From: Octopus sinensis
Lineage: Eukaryota
NCBI RefSeq assembly: GCF_006345805.1
Contig: NC_043004.1
Span: 23,498,001-23,562,000 of the forward strand
DNA: 64,000 nucleotides
Direction of reading: 5' to 3'
Position numbers and translations under genes: made by a program. Position 1 is the first letter of the stretch. Each line of letters begins with the position of its first letter. The notes beneath the pieces were generated by a model that did no database searches, was not told the DNA's origin, and was given only the letters and a program-made list of their open reading frames with translations. Of the stretch, positions 13,722-27,395 are shown piece after piece.

Positions 13722-15409
13722 GGCGGTGATGGTGATAGTAGTAGAGATGATGATGTTGTTGATGATGGTGATGCTTATAATTATGACATTGGTGATGATA
13801 ATGATGGTGACGATGTTAATGATAATGATCTAACAAGTTGATTGTTTACTTATTCCATTTCATTATAACTAATTTAAGCAGATATTTCATCAATTTATTT
13901 CGTTTTTCTCATTAATATTTCATTCTATTCACTTTCATTACTGAAAAGCAATACATTTTATTTAATATTAGTCACATCAAACTATTGTAAAATTTTTTGT
14001 GAAACTACTTAAATAACTCTTTAATTGAAAAGAAAAAAAAACATAAATAAAAACAAAGACACAAACACAATAAAACTTTAATTTATTGTGTTTTGCAGAG
14101 AAAGGATGTAAATATTCTGTTGCCAGAAAGCTGGCATAATCCACAGCATGTCAGGCAAAATACTTAATGGTATTTCATCCTTCTTTACATTCTGGGTTCA
14201 AATGCTGCTGGGGTTGACTTTGCCTTTCATCCTTTTGGGGTCGCTAAAGTAAGTACCAGTTGTACACTGGAGGCTGATTTAATCAACTTAGCCCCACTTC
14301 TGAAATTTATTATTATAAATGTTAATGTGGCAAGCTGGCTGGATTGTTATCACACCAGACAAAATGCTTAGTTTCAAATTTTGGCACAAGGCCAGCGGTT
14401 TTTCAGGGAGGGGACAAGCTGATTAAATCAACCTAAGTGCTCAACTGGTACTTATTTTATTGACCTTGAAAGGATGAAAGGCAAAGTTGAACTTTGTACA
14501 ATTTGAACTAAGAATGTAAAGACAAATGAGGCATTTTGCACAGTGTGCAAATGATTCTGCCAGTTGCTGCCTTGATGATGATGATGATGACGCCAACGCT
14601 GCTGCCACTGCCGCCACCGCCAATGACACCAATGCCGACGCCGCTGACGCCGCTGCTGTCGCTGCCGCCACCACCAACACCCACAATGCTGACGCCAACG
14701 GCGCTGACGTCACCAACAATGCTGCCGCCGCCGCCGTCACCACCACCAACAACACTGATGATGCCAATGCTGATGCTGACGCTGATGGCGATGCTGCCAA
14801 CGCTGAAGCTGCCAACGCCGAAGCCACCGCCGACATTGACAACAATGTCTTAATGCAGTACCAGGCAGTGGCTCTCATGGCTTCTTATCTTAACTAATTG
14901 GAAGTATTATTATATACATATTTTGTCTTTTTATAAAAGATGGGCTACAACAAATATTCTGCCCAATACCATAGATTTGCTTGTCAGTTGTTTTACCTTA
15001 ACCTTGGTGGCTGACAATATGTACATCTTTGATCACAAGCAAGAGTAGTGGATGAGCATCACAGCGATGTGTTGAGAGGAATTCTTTGGGGTTTGAATAA
15101 GTCACCTCGGAAACATGGGTGTTTCCTTCAACACTCTTAAAAACCCTTTATTCAGGGAAACTTCTAAGTGGGATGGGCTACTCGGCCAGAAGAAAATCCT
15201 AGGAGGGCTCGATCTGAAAGGTAATACACTGTTTATCTTGATATGAGATCACCGTGTTGTACACATATGGCTGTGATGCATGTGCCTAGTGTACCCTTAT
15301 CAGACGGGTAGTCATGATGGATATATTGGGTTTTGTATATTTGTACCCCAGTGTTACTTTGATGGTATGAGTTGCTCTCTCACTAAATAATAATAATGAC
15401 AAACCTTTC

Positions 15410-15596
15410 TACTATAGGCACAAGGCCTCAAATTTGTTTTTGGGGGCGGGGATAAAATCAATTACACCATGCCCAGTACTCAAAAAGATGAATGGCAAAG
15501 TCAACCTTGGCAGAATTTGAACTCAGAACATAGCACTGGGCCAAATACTACTAAGCACTTTGTCCATCATGCTAACAATTCTACCAGCTCACTGCC

Positions 15597-15638
<42 letters not shown>

Positions 15639-16236
15639 GTGATTTCTGTTGAAGGCACAAGGCCTGAAATTTACTGAGAGGGGACTAGTTGATTACATTG
15701 ACCTCAGTGCTTAACTGATACTTAATTTATCAATCCCAAAAGGATGAAAGGCATAGTCGACCTCGGCGGAATTTAAACATCAGAACGTAACAGCAGATGA
15801 AATACCGTTATGCATTTCGCACAATGCTTAGCGGTATTTTGTCCGTTTTTATGTTCTGAGTTCAAATTCTGCCAAGGTCAACTTGGCCTTTCATTCTTTC
15901 GAGGTTGATGAAAAGAGTACCAGTCAAGCACTGGGGTTGATGCAATCAACCATCTCTTCCTCGAAAAAAAACTCTGGCCTTGTGCCTATAGTAGAAAAGA
16001 TCATTATTATTATTAAGGTGGTGAGCTGGCAGAATCATTAGCATGCTGGGCAAAATGCTTAGCGGCATTTCGTCTGTCTTCAAATTCAGAGCTCAAATTC
16101 TGCCAAGGTTGACGTTGCATTTCATCCATTCAGGATTGATAAATTAAGTACCAATTAGGCACTGGGGTAGATGTAATCGACCAGTCTCCTCCCCCAAAGT
16201 TTCAGGCCTCGTGCTTATAGTAGAAAGGATTGTTAC

Positions 16237-16272
<36 letters not shown>

Positions 16273-16541
16273 CATTATTATTATTATTATTATTATTACT
16301 ATTATTATTCAGGCAGCAAGCTGGCAGAATTGTGAGCATGCCAGGTGAAATGTTTAACGGCATTTCATCCAAGGTTGACTTTGCCTTTCATCCTTTCAGG
16401 TCATAAAATAAACACCAGTCAAGTACTGGGGTCAGTGTAGTTGACTTGCCCTCCCCAACCACCGAAATTGTTGGCCATGCACCAAAATTTGAAATCCTCC
16501 TCCTCCTCCTCCTCCTCCTCATCATCATCATCATCATCACC

Positions 16542-16575
<34 letters not shown>

Positions 16576-17310
16576 TTATCATCAATAAGGCAGTGAGCTG
16601 GCAGAATCTGTCTTTGTGTTCCGAGCTCAAATTCCGCCCAGGTCAACTTTGCCTTTCATCCTTTTGGAATCGATAAATTAAGTACCAGCTATGTACTGAG
16701 GTTGATCTAATAGCCTGGCCCTAACTTGCCAAAAATTTCGGGCCTTGTGCCTAGAGTAGAAAAGATTATTAATATCATCGTTATTAATAAGGTGGCAAGC
16801 TGGCAGAAACATTAGCATGCTGGGCGAAATGCTTAGCGATATTTCATCTGTCTTTACGTTCTGAGTTCAAATTCTGCCACGGTCAGCTTTGCCTTTCATT
16901 CTTTTTGGGTCAATAAATTAAGTACCAGTTGCGTACTGGGGTCAGTCTAATCGTCTGATCCCATCTTCCAAAATTTTGGGCCTTGTGGCTAGAGTAGAAA
17001 AGATTATTATTATTATTGTCCAACCCATGCTAGCATAGAAAGCGGACGTTAAAAGATGATGATGATTATTATTATTATAATTATTATTATTATTATTATT
17101 ACGGCAGTGATTTAGCAGAATCATTACCATGCTGGGCAAAATGCTTAGCGGCATTTCGTCCATCTACATGTCCTGAGTTCAAAATCCACTGAGGTTGATT
17201 TTGCCTTCTGTCCTTCTGGGGTCGATAAAATAAGTGCCAGTTGAGTAGTGGAGATGATGGAATCGATTTACCCACTCCCCTGAAATAACTGGCCTTGTAC
17301 CAAAATTTGA
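15410..17310. mobile_element. Cluster of about 8 SINE family C copies separated by (ATT)n/(CAT)n tracts
   Basis: Repeated ggcgagctggcagaa..ttagc...tctgagttcaaattc..ccaaggtcgactttgcctttcatcc...gataaattaagtaccag. Two copies on minus followed by about six on plus. Confidence 0.85.
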
Positions 17311-17315
17311 GGTCG

Positions 17316-17346
<31 letters not shown>

Positions 17347-17637
17347 TATTACGTGCCACCGGCACCATCCGATCGTAGCCGTTGCCAGCCTCGCCTGGCC
17401 CCCGTGCCAGTGGCACGTAAAAAGCACCATCCGACCGTGGCTGTTTGCCAGCCCCGTCTGGCACGTAAAAAGCACCCACTACACTCACGGAGTGGTTGGC
17501 ATTAGGAAGGGCATCCAGCCATAGAAACATTGCCAGATCAGACTGGGCCTGGTGCAGTCTTCTGGCTTCCCAGACCCCAGTTGAACCGTCCAACCCATGC
17601 TAGCATGGAAAGCGGACGCTAAATGATGATGATGGTG

Positions 17638-17682
<45 letters not shown>

Positions 17683-18217
17683 GTTATTATTATTATTATT
17701 ATTTAGGTTGTTTATGCTATAAATATGCATTGTATCTACATTTCTAATCTGTTTTGTACTTTCTACACACTCTGTAAACCTGATGCCAACCACTGTATAC
17801 CGTGACATTTTGCTAACCATATAACAATTAAGGTCACTTTATTATAATACTCTACAAACTGATTTTCCAATACCTATACTGTGTTGCTACTGCTGCTGCT
17901 GCTACTATTGCCGTTATTCTGTGCTTTATATTCTAGCAATGCTATAAATATATATCTGCACTATTTCTGTCTTATTCTGCTATTTTTAAATTTAGTATTC
18001 TGTCATGTAGATGGAGGTGTCATACTTTCATAGAGTGGTGTTGGTGGTGGTGGTGGCAGGGCAGTAGCAAAACAGCTGAGACATTAAGGGTAAAGGGAGG
18101 AAGTCTACAGACTACAGGGACACTTGCAATGATCTGCGTGGGAGGTAACTTGTAGATATAAACTATTGGCCAATATAAACTGTCCTCCTTCTCCACCCCC
18201 TTGTTGAAAAAGAGGAG

Positions 18218-18320
18218 GAGGTGGAAGAAGAAGAAGAAGAAGAAGAAGAAGAAGAAGAAGAAGAAGAAGAAGAAAGAAGAAGAGGAGGAGGAGGAGGAGG
18301 AAGATGAGGAGGAGGAGGTG
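18218..18320 (+). repeat. Pure purine (GAA)n/(GAG)n tract
   Basis: Directly visible, about 100 nt with almost no pyrimidines. Confidence 0.95.
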
Positions 18321-18894
18321 GAGGAATTTGATGCTTCTTTGGTGGATTGTGCCTGAAACGTTTGATGTGAAACTGAATAGGAGGAGAAGTGACCTTTCAA
18401 TGGAAGACTGTGCTAAAAATGTTTGATGTAAGACAAAAGAACAAGAGTTGAGATGTTTTAACGAAGGTCTTTGAGATGTGAATGCTTTGGTGCAGAAGAG
18501 GTGTGACATTTCAATGAAAGACTAAAAATGTTTTAATGTAATGTAGAAGAAACACCACAAGAAGCGATGTTATATTTCAAAGAAGGACTGTGTCTGAAAT
18601 GGTATATATATCTCCTCTTCTTCACTGAAAGCCAATATTTTCCACTCAATGAACTAACAGTTTAGTGGTCTGTATGCTCTCTTCACCATATCTATATTAT
18701 GCCTGTGGTCAACTGTGAATGGCCATAGATAGGTCTGTGGTCAGTAGACAAGTTCACACCACCACAGATTAATAAAATGCAGTATGTAGTGAAGGTTTGT
18801 GTAAGCAACTATGTCTTGTTCTATGTTCGAGTAAAGCGCAAGAACATGAAACAATAGACTTACCACTGCTCGCACCAACAGGACTTGTTGGGCA

Positions 18895-19295
18895 GAAGAA
18901 AGGCTGAGGACGCTCGACCTTTATTCTCTTGAAAAACGCCGCCGCCGTAGTGATCTCATTCTCGCCCACAACATCATAAGCGGAAAGTGTAACCTCTCGA
19001 AAGAGCTGTTCTTCACTCCTGCTCCAGAGCGTCGGCTGCGGGGTCATTCCGAAAAGCTCTACCTGCGACGATTTCATCTCAATCGAAGGAGAGGAGCTTT
19101 CTCCGTCCGGGTTGCGGATCCGTGGAACAAGCTGCCAGACGAGATGGTAAAGATGCCGACGACCGCTTTGTTCAAAGCCTCCCTGGACCTCAAGTGGCCT
19201 GAACTCTTTGCATGAACACCACCCTGTACTTAACTCCATGTCCCTCTACATGGCCTTGCTATTTGCTTTTGAGCCTAACTAACTAACTAACTAAT
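18895..19295 (+). mobile_element. 5'-truncated CR1-type LINE (ORF2 C-terminus, 3' UTR, (CTAA)n tail)
   Basis: The plus frame has no ATG, so the ORF track misses it. It reads EERLRTLDLYSLEKRRRRSDLILAHNIISG...RLRGHSEKL...RRGAFSVRVADPWNKLP...FKASLD stop at about 19214, the CR1 ORF2 C-terminal signature (RL..L.L.SLE.RR.R.DL, RGH..KL, FS.RV...WN.LP). Confidence 0.92.
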
Positions 19296-19774
19296 ACAAA
19301 CTCTGAATGTTTTTACATCACCACCATCACCACCACAACTGCCATCATAATCACAATTGTTGCTTCTATCACCAACCCCCACCATAATGTAACTGAAGTA
19401 AACATGCAACCAAAAATTGTCTTCTCACTGCTGTCATTGGATTCAATTGTGGTTTCATGGTCAGGTGATTAGCACTGGTCATAAGTAGGAGTTGAATCCA
19501 GTGCTGGAATTTGAACTCAGAACACTAAAAACCAGAACAGATATTGCAAGATCCATTGTCATTTTCTTCACTAAAATTCAATAAATTGAGATTAGTCTTC
19601 TTTAGTCTCCCATTTCTACAAGTTTGGCTGTGTGGTAAGTAGCATGCTTACCAACCACATGGTTCTGGGTTCAGTCCCACAGCGTGGCACCTTGGGCAAG
19701 TGTCTTCTACTATTGCCTCGGGCCGACCAAAGCCTTGTGAGTGGATTTGGTAGATAGAAACTGAAAGAAGCCCG

Positions 19775-19818
<44 letters not shown>

Positions 19819-20049
19819 GTGTGTGTATATGTTTGTGTGTCTGTGTTTGTCCCCCCGCCCAACATCCCTTGACAACCAATGCTGGTGTGTTTACATCCCC
19901 GTAACTTAGCGGTTCAGCAAAAGAGACCGATAGAATATGTACTAGACTTACAAAGAATAAGTCCTGGGGTCGATTTGCTCAACTAAAGGCAGTGCTCCAG
20001 CATGGCCACAGTCAAATGACTGAAACAAGTAAAAGAATAAAACGGAGAG

Positions 20050-21100
20050 AGTATCCAGTTTGTGTTTTGACTCATTTGTACTCTGTCACCGATGCACACC
20101 AAAATCACTCATCGAGTACAGCTCACATGTTTCACTTTTTTTCTAGTCTTTGCAAATCCTCTGCATTGAAGGCCCACATCTCCCTACCCTATAACACAGC
20201 TCTTCATACCAAAATGGTGTTACAATTTACCCTTCAGTCAGAGGGGAAGCCCATCAGTTGTCAGCAGAGGTAATTGTTCTCCCATGCTTTCTAGCTCAGT
20301 CTTACTGTGTGTTCACTAAGTAGGTCACCTAGAAAACAGAAGTTATCAACTTCTTCTAGGGAACTATCTGAAAAACAAATCAATTTGCAATATGTTCACA
20401 TTGCGTGTTGCCTATGTGCACCTGCTGTGTATGAAGTCTGTCTTCTCAGTTAGATTGCTTGTGATCACACAATTTTTCTTCTTGTATAGCCATAGTTTAT
20501 ACTGAGTTCACCATGTAGAATTTCTATTCCTCTTGACCTGCATCTCAAGCAAAACCTGATGATAGCAAGATTTTGAGTTCTCCCCTATTTGATAAATCTT
20601 TAGTCTTTACTAGATTTACTTTGATGCCTCTTGATTTGAGGTTTTGCTTCCATGTCTAAAATTTCTCCTCTAAATGAATTAAAGATTCAACTATAAGAAT
20701 AAAGATTTAACATGCGTCCAACCCACGCTAGCATGGAAAGCGGACGTTAAACGATGATGATGATGATGATGAACCCATAGGAGGCCAGTCTTAAACTCTT
20801 CTGTTATGACCTGTAGGATTATAATGAAGAATGAGAGGACTAAAGATAGCCCTGAGCACTCCTTCTTGCACACTGAACTCATTGCTAGTTCTCACTTTAC
20901 TGATTGCAGATTTATATATAGTTTGTATGGCCTGCACAAAACATTCACCAATCCCTAGCTTCCATACCAACTATCAGATTTCAGATCATGGATCTCTGTG
21001 AAAGCCTTCTCCTGTTTAATGAATACCAGGCACAGGAAATTACTTCTGACAACATACTTCTCCCACAGTTGCCTGACTAGAAAGAGGGCATTAACCTTTT
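20050..21100 (-). mobile_element. Degenerate RTE-clade LINE reverse-transcriptase fragment
   Basis: Minus frames give NALFLVRQLWEKY..LCLVFIKQEKAF, SFFIIILQVITEEFKTGLLW and ESLIHLEEKF*TWKQNLKSRGIKVNLVKTK, with stops and frameshifts. A short (GAT)n-tailed element interrupts it at about 20700-20775. Confidence 0.85.
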
Positions 21101-22141
21101 AGTATTCAATCACTCTAGCAAAAGTAATGCTTAGTTATTCACATTGTTTTGAATTAATTATGCATTATCTTGTAACTTTGAAGTTTTGACAAGGTGGTTG
21201 TATATATTTAGAATGACATTGAAGGGTAGGCATGATAGGCTGGATCTGGCTGGTTTCATATTTAGACTGGATGTGTTCAGTTTAAATGCTAAAAGATTAA
21301 TAGTGCCTCTTTCAAACTGCACATCAAATAAGCTAATTCTCTTCTTAACCAATTGTGTAATAAATTCTTTCTGTAATTTTCATAACCTAAGGAATTGTAG
21401 ATATTCTCAGAAAGAGTCAAATAAGCAGATCCTGAAAACAATGAAGTTTATTGACTGAAGAAATAGTAAACATGCTGACAAAGAAGTAGTAACAAATATT
21501 CTTTCAAAGCTGCAATTATTCAATGTAATCTAGTGAAAGGCAGAATCTGCAGAAATGTTTCAAGTGGCAGGAGACACTGGCCTGATTCATTAAAAGAATG
21601 TTCTTGTTTGTAGGAAGCAAATTTTGGAAATAGAAATGGGAAAGAAACTCATGGCTTAAGAAGTTTGCTTCCCAAACTCATGATTCTGGGTTCATTCTCA
21701 CTGCATGGTACTTTGGACAAGTGTCTTCCACTACAGTTCTATGTCAATCTGTGCAAGCATGGGAAAGTGAACATTATTATAATGATGAGGAGGATTGTGA
21801 TGATGGCTTGTTAAAAAGATGCAAATAAAGGTTGAGTTGATAAATATTGCAAGTGGGATACATCAGGAAAGACTTCTGTGCTATCAAAAGAGATGTACAG
21901 GATATGGTGCTCAGCATTAGAAGAGAGATTAAATTTGGTGATAAAGAAAGAAGATTGAGTTTTAGTTTGATTTACAGATGTGGGTGTGTGGTGAGCAGCT
22001 TTCCTTCCCAACCATATGGTTCCAGGTTCAGTCCCACTGCTTGGCACCTGGGGCAAGTGTATTTTACTATAGCTTCAAACTAACCAGATCCTTGTGAGTG
22101 GATTTGGTAGACAGAAACTGAAAGAAGCCCATCGTAAATGT

Positions 22142-22183
<42 letters not shown>

Positions 22184-22568
22184 TGTGTATGTGTGTGTGT
22201 GTGTTTGTGTGTGAGTCTTTGCATCTGTGTTTGTCCTCCACTACTGCTTGATAACTGGTGTTGGTGTGTTTATATCCCCATAACATAGTGGTTTGGCAAA
22301 AGAGACTGATAGAATAAGTACCAGGCTTAACAAAATAAGTAATGGGATTGATTCATCTAACTAAAAATTCTTCAAGGTGGTGCCACATTCTAATCACTGA
22401 AACAAGTGAAAGACAAAAGATAAAAGATGCAATATGCAAATTTTCTTTTTTTTTTTTATCAAAGCCTGGAGTGATTAATAAAAACAAAAAAAATGAAATG
22501 CATCTATAAACACAGGAAAGAAATTGTTTTAAAAAATTCAATAGTAATAATAATAATGGTATTCTTAC

Positions 22569-22740
22569 TTGTTCAGTCTTCTGAGCATCCCCTTTAATGC
22601 ATGGAAATCTGGTCGCTCTGCTGGATCTTCAGACCAACCTTTGCGGATTATGTTGGCCAGTTCATCAGATGGACAGTCACAGTTCTCCAGACCTGGCCTA
22701 AAATATGGTCTCACCCCATTTACCACTTTTTGGTAGATCT
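22569..22740 (-). CDS. Receptor guanylyl cyclase internal exon: C-lobe end of the kinase-homology domain
   Basis: Encodes (E)IYQKVVNGVRPYFRPGLENCDCPSDELANIIRKGWSEDPAERPDFHALKGMLRRLN(K), similar to NPR EIIERV..G..P.FRP...CW.EDP.ERP.F. Acceptor catcttgcag|AG, donor AA|gtaaga. 172 nt, phase 1-2. AA plus the first A of exon 3866 gives in-frame AAA (K). Confidence 0.95.
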
Positions 22741-23354
22741 CTGCAAGATGGTAATAAAGTAGACATACTGTAATCATGATTGCACTTACTGGGATGAGTG
22801 CAACGACATTGCACTACTCTGAACAAACGTCCTTCTGAGAGAGTTTGAGCAATGTTTTTGAAGTAACTCTTTTTCTTTATTTCTTTTGCAGGGCTCACAT
22901 ATTATATATATATAAAGTTCAGTGTAAGTATATATATACTTCTGTATATTCATTTATACTTGCTGTTGGTAAACATATATAATAAATATATATTACTTGA
23001 TATATATATTCAAGCCTCTTCAATGATCTTCGGATAGCATAAGATGTACACAACAATACAGGGTAAGATGAGCCTAGTGTTACCTGACCATTGTGAAACT
23101 AGTTAATGTTATGAAATGTTCATTTCTCCTCTCAAAGCTTTAATGAGATGATGAGTTATGAAATCAATTTTTGTTTTCTTTTCAAAATATGTTTTATTTT
23201 TCCTTTGCCTACGATAAAGTCTGCAGAGTTGTTAAATTGAAAACTGACATGTTGATAAAAAATGGAGACATATGAATCAAATAAATTAAGCAAAGTCTTG
23301 ACTGATATGATAATGACGGTGAAGATGAAAATGATGATGATTTTGATGATGATG

Positions 23355-23385
<31 letters not shown>

Positions 23386-24530
23386 TGATTTTAAAAGTTT
23401 TTTTCACAGTTATGTTCCAATGCGTGTAAATTTTAAATATTTTTCTGGTGAAATTTCAAATATTTTCACCATTCACATAAATAAATCCAGTTTTTTTGTT
23501 TTTTGTCAGAATGTTTTTTTTTTAAGAACAGTTTTATTAATAACAATCCATAGGAATCCAAAGTTATCTGTTAAAGAGCTTAGTAAAAACTTTATAAATG
23601 TCACACTGTAATAAAGAAAAAAAATAATATTTTAAAATTGGTGTATATTTAGAAAAATAGATTTGTAATGAATATTTTGAAATTGTGATGAGAAAATTGT
23701 TAAATTTCTGGGTCAATCATAGATTGGCATTGGGAAGCGACTTTAAATAGAAAAGAGAAAGCGGAAGAGAAAGAAAGAGAGAAAGAGGAGAAAGAAAGAG
23801 AGAAAGATAGCCTGAGTTCTAGTATCTATCTCAGATGGTTAATTGTAATGTCTAACATAAAATGATGAGTTATCAACTTATGATGATAGAATGACCAAGG
23901 ATTAAACTTATATGTAGTTCTTTAGCCACAGTCTGCCCTGATTGAGCACTTCAGTTATCAACTCCCTCACAACATTAAGCTGTATCTCCCAAAATATTCT
24001 ATTTAGAAGTAGCAATATTAAGCAACTAAGATTAAGTAGGTACACTTCCAAAGACTTAGCAAGATGCTCAAAGGTTACAAGTGAAATTCCAGAACCAAAA
24101 TATCTGCTCAAGTTTATATATATAAGACGTATATATAAACACTGGAGACAACAAAGGACCGAGATGCCTGGTGCCTTGTTGTACTCAAGAAGACCCGTAC
24201 CCTGCAGCAGAAATGTTAGGACCAGTCCATCTGGTAGTGAAAAACACTAGTGTCAGTGCCATGTAAAAGTGCCCATGTGGCTCCATGTACAAGTGCCTGT
24301 GCAGTGTCACATAACAGCACCTCTGCACACTCTGTAATGTGGTTGATGCTAGGAAGAGCATCAAGCTGTAGAAACCATGCCAAATCGGACTCAAGTCTGG
24401 TGCAGCTCCCTTGATTGTCAGCTATGGTCAAACCATCCAGTCCATGTCAGCATGGACAATGGATGTTAAATGATGGTGATGATGATTATGTTAAATATGT
24501 GTGTGTGCATATATATATATATATGTATAT

Positions 24531-24571
<41 letters not shown>

Positions 24572-24598
24572 AATATACATATATATATATATATAATA

Positions 24599-24662
<64 letters not shown>

Positions 24663-24711
24663 ATGTATATATATATGTATATATATACATATATATATAT
24701 ATATATAAATA

Positions 24712-24798
<87 letters not shown>

Positions 24799-26099
24799 AA
24801 AGGATGAAAGGCCTTCCCTGAGCCATAAGCTCATAAGGCTGGTTTCCCAGATTCTGTGGCATATATATTCCATGTGGGATTAGACACCGGTCTGGTGCAA
24901 AGATTACTTATTTTTGCCAGCTGAGTGGATTGGAGCAATGTGAAATGAAGTGTTTTGCTCAAGAACACAATGCATTGCTCTGATCCAAGCGTTAAAACTA
25001 CAATATTATGATTATGAATGCAGCACCTGACCACTAAACTACACCCCTCCATTACATTATATAGATATATATATAGATAAGCATCCATCAGTCTCGAAAT
25101 ATCATGGATCTGTGCCTGAAGAATTTGTATCAGCTTCTGATGGTAGTGTAACATCTGCTGTGGCTGCACAGGCCCACACGAGAATGGTAGTATCACATGT
25201 GGCAACTGCATTTGAAGAAACTCTCAGCCAGCACTACAAACTTTTGTATTGTGTCTGTATATGTGTGTGTGTGTGTGTGTCACTATTACAGATTCTTGAA
25301 GTCATATATAAATCAAATATATTCTTTGTTGTTAAATGTTCAAATAAATCCACCACACGTAATACGCCGGGAGTTAAATTTAATATCAAAAATATGGAAG
25401 TGTTTCCTTTGATAGATTACATCTTCATCAAATATTCATTGACTGAGTGTGTGTAGTTATATGCATATGTATGTATGTTTATCTATGTGTGTGTGTGTAT
25501 ATATATATATATGTGTGTGTATCATATTATTTTCATTTCTGAACTTCTAAAGAAGTATAAAATAATATATATATTTACAGTTATAAAATATTTAAAACAG
25601 CAAAAAAGTTAAACTTTTACAGGTGTTACATAATTTCAATATAATTTCTACAGCTGTTTCAATGGTTGAAAAATAATTATATATCAAATACATGAAACTA
25701 CATAATTAATTAAAATGTGATGGATAGACTATTTTATAAGGAAATAAAATGAATTATGAAAACCAAACACAATCAGATTTAAATTCATTATTTTTATAAA
25801 TTAATAGCATAATTATATTTATCTTTAAAGATGTTGATATTTATAATTTAATCATTGGAACAGCTATAGAAGTTAGAATGAAAGAATAAAACACCTGTGA
25901 AACATCTTTGCTTTTTTATTATTCTAAATATTTTGCTCTGAAGATTTGCTTTAGCCAATTTGTATATATGCAAATTCATTTCATTTATGATTAATGCATT
26001 GTAATAATATTATACTGAAGGTTAACAAATGTTATTAATTGAGTTCTTTTAATTCAGTGAATATATTTTTAGTATTTAAATAGTTAATCAACATATATA

Positions 26100-27395
26100 T
26101 ATATCTATACACATTGAAGTTTCTGGATTTTCACTGATACTTTTGGCAGCTTGTATCTCCATGTTGTATCATTATTTTGCTACAGCTTGTTGTTTAATCA
26201 TTGCTGAATTATTTATTCTTTATGTTTATATATAACATTTAAACATTTATTGTTTGTTCTTTATTTTATAGCTTTGAAAAAGAGTGATGGTAAAATTGCA
26301 ATTAAGAGCCATTGTACACTACCTGTAGGAAAAAAGGATTGAGAGTAAGGCCAGTGGCAAAAGAAATTTACGATATAGAAGACCCATGAATTGTCAACAA
26401 ACATGACAAGAAGCTTGTTTGGATGTTTCAAGAAATGTGACACCAGCCTCAAAGACAAATCAAGATCTGTGAGACTTTCTGTTGAGGAAGAAAGAGACAA
26501 TTCCTTGAAATGGTTCAATAACAGCCAAGTGCAAGAACTCGTATACTGATGGGTAGAACTTGGTCCTTCACAAAGCATCATCAGTCAACACCTTCATAAG
26601 CTTGGCATTGTGAACAGATGCTGTCGAGAAGTTCTCAATGACCAGGCTCAATCAAGTGTGAACATTTACAAACAACTGCTGGCAAATCCTCAAGATGCCT
26701 ACTTTTGGCATTGAATTGTAGCTGCAATTGAAAATGGATCAATTTTCATTATCCTAATAAGAGAAATCAGTGGCTTCATTCTGGTCAGACTCTTCAGAAC
26801 TTGTCAAACAAGGGTGGTTTGAATAGAAAGTCATGTGGTGTTTGGTGGAATTTTGAAGGGGTGTTGCACTTTGAGCTTGTCTGAGATGGTTATACTGTGA
26901 ATGTTAATTTTTATGCTTAACAAATGCAGTGAGTATATGATGTTTTGAAAGCCTGCTAACCGGCATTCAAAATGCACTCTCTTACAGCATGACAATTGAA
27001 GACACATACTCCTACAGCTTGACAATATCCCAGCACATACTGGCATTGTGACCAAGCATGAAGTTGAGGAACTTGAGAGGCTGGAAGTGCTGCCTCACCC
27101 TGCCTACAGTCCAGACCTTGCACTATTAGATTACTAACTTTTCCCATCTATGGCTCATTTCCTGCCTGAAATAAGGCTCCACAATGTGGATAAGGCTGAA
27201 ACAGGTGCAGGAATTTTTTTTTATTTCTAGACTAGCCAAATGGTTTAAGCGTGGAATTGAACAGGCACAATGATAGCAACAGACAATAGAATATGATAGG
27301 ATATATTTCAATGAATATATGCCCTTTGCATGTAATTCGCTTGAACTATTAATTAAAGTTTGAAACACAAAAAAACTTTTGACTCGTGCTGGTAT
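26100..27395 (+). mobile_element. Decayed near full-length mariner DNA transposon
   Basis: HTH remnant WFGCFKKCDTSLKDKSRS, then CVWWNFEGVLHFELV, then LDNIPAHT..LEVLPHPAYSPDLALLDY*LFPSMAHFL. Many stops. A possible 3' TIR lies at about 27370-27395. The 5' boundary is uncertain. Confidence 0.9.

Larger units (their letters stand above)
3867..22568 (-). other. GT-AG intron (18,702 bp) of the guanylyl cyclase gene
   Basis: Bounded by the donor at 22568 and the acceptor at 3867. The joined exons give a gap-free match to NPR-family protein. Confidence 0.9.

Noticed and set aside
14441-14897. Poly-Ala/Asp/Asn ORFs on several frames
   Set aside because: GCC/GCT/GAC trinucleotide field open in multiple frames. 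No splice signals or domain similarity.
18769-19239. 156-aa minus-strand ORF in the track
   Set aside because: Antisense shadow of the plus-strand CR1 ORF2 fragment. No recognisable protein motif.
25112-25456. Plus-strand ORF MPEEFVSASDGSVTSAVAAQ...
   Set aside because: No known motif, runs into a CA/TG microsatellite, and no partner exons.
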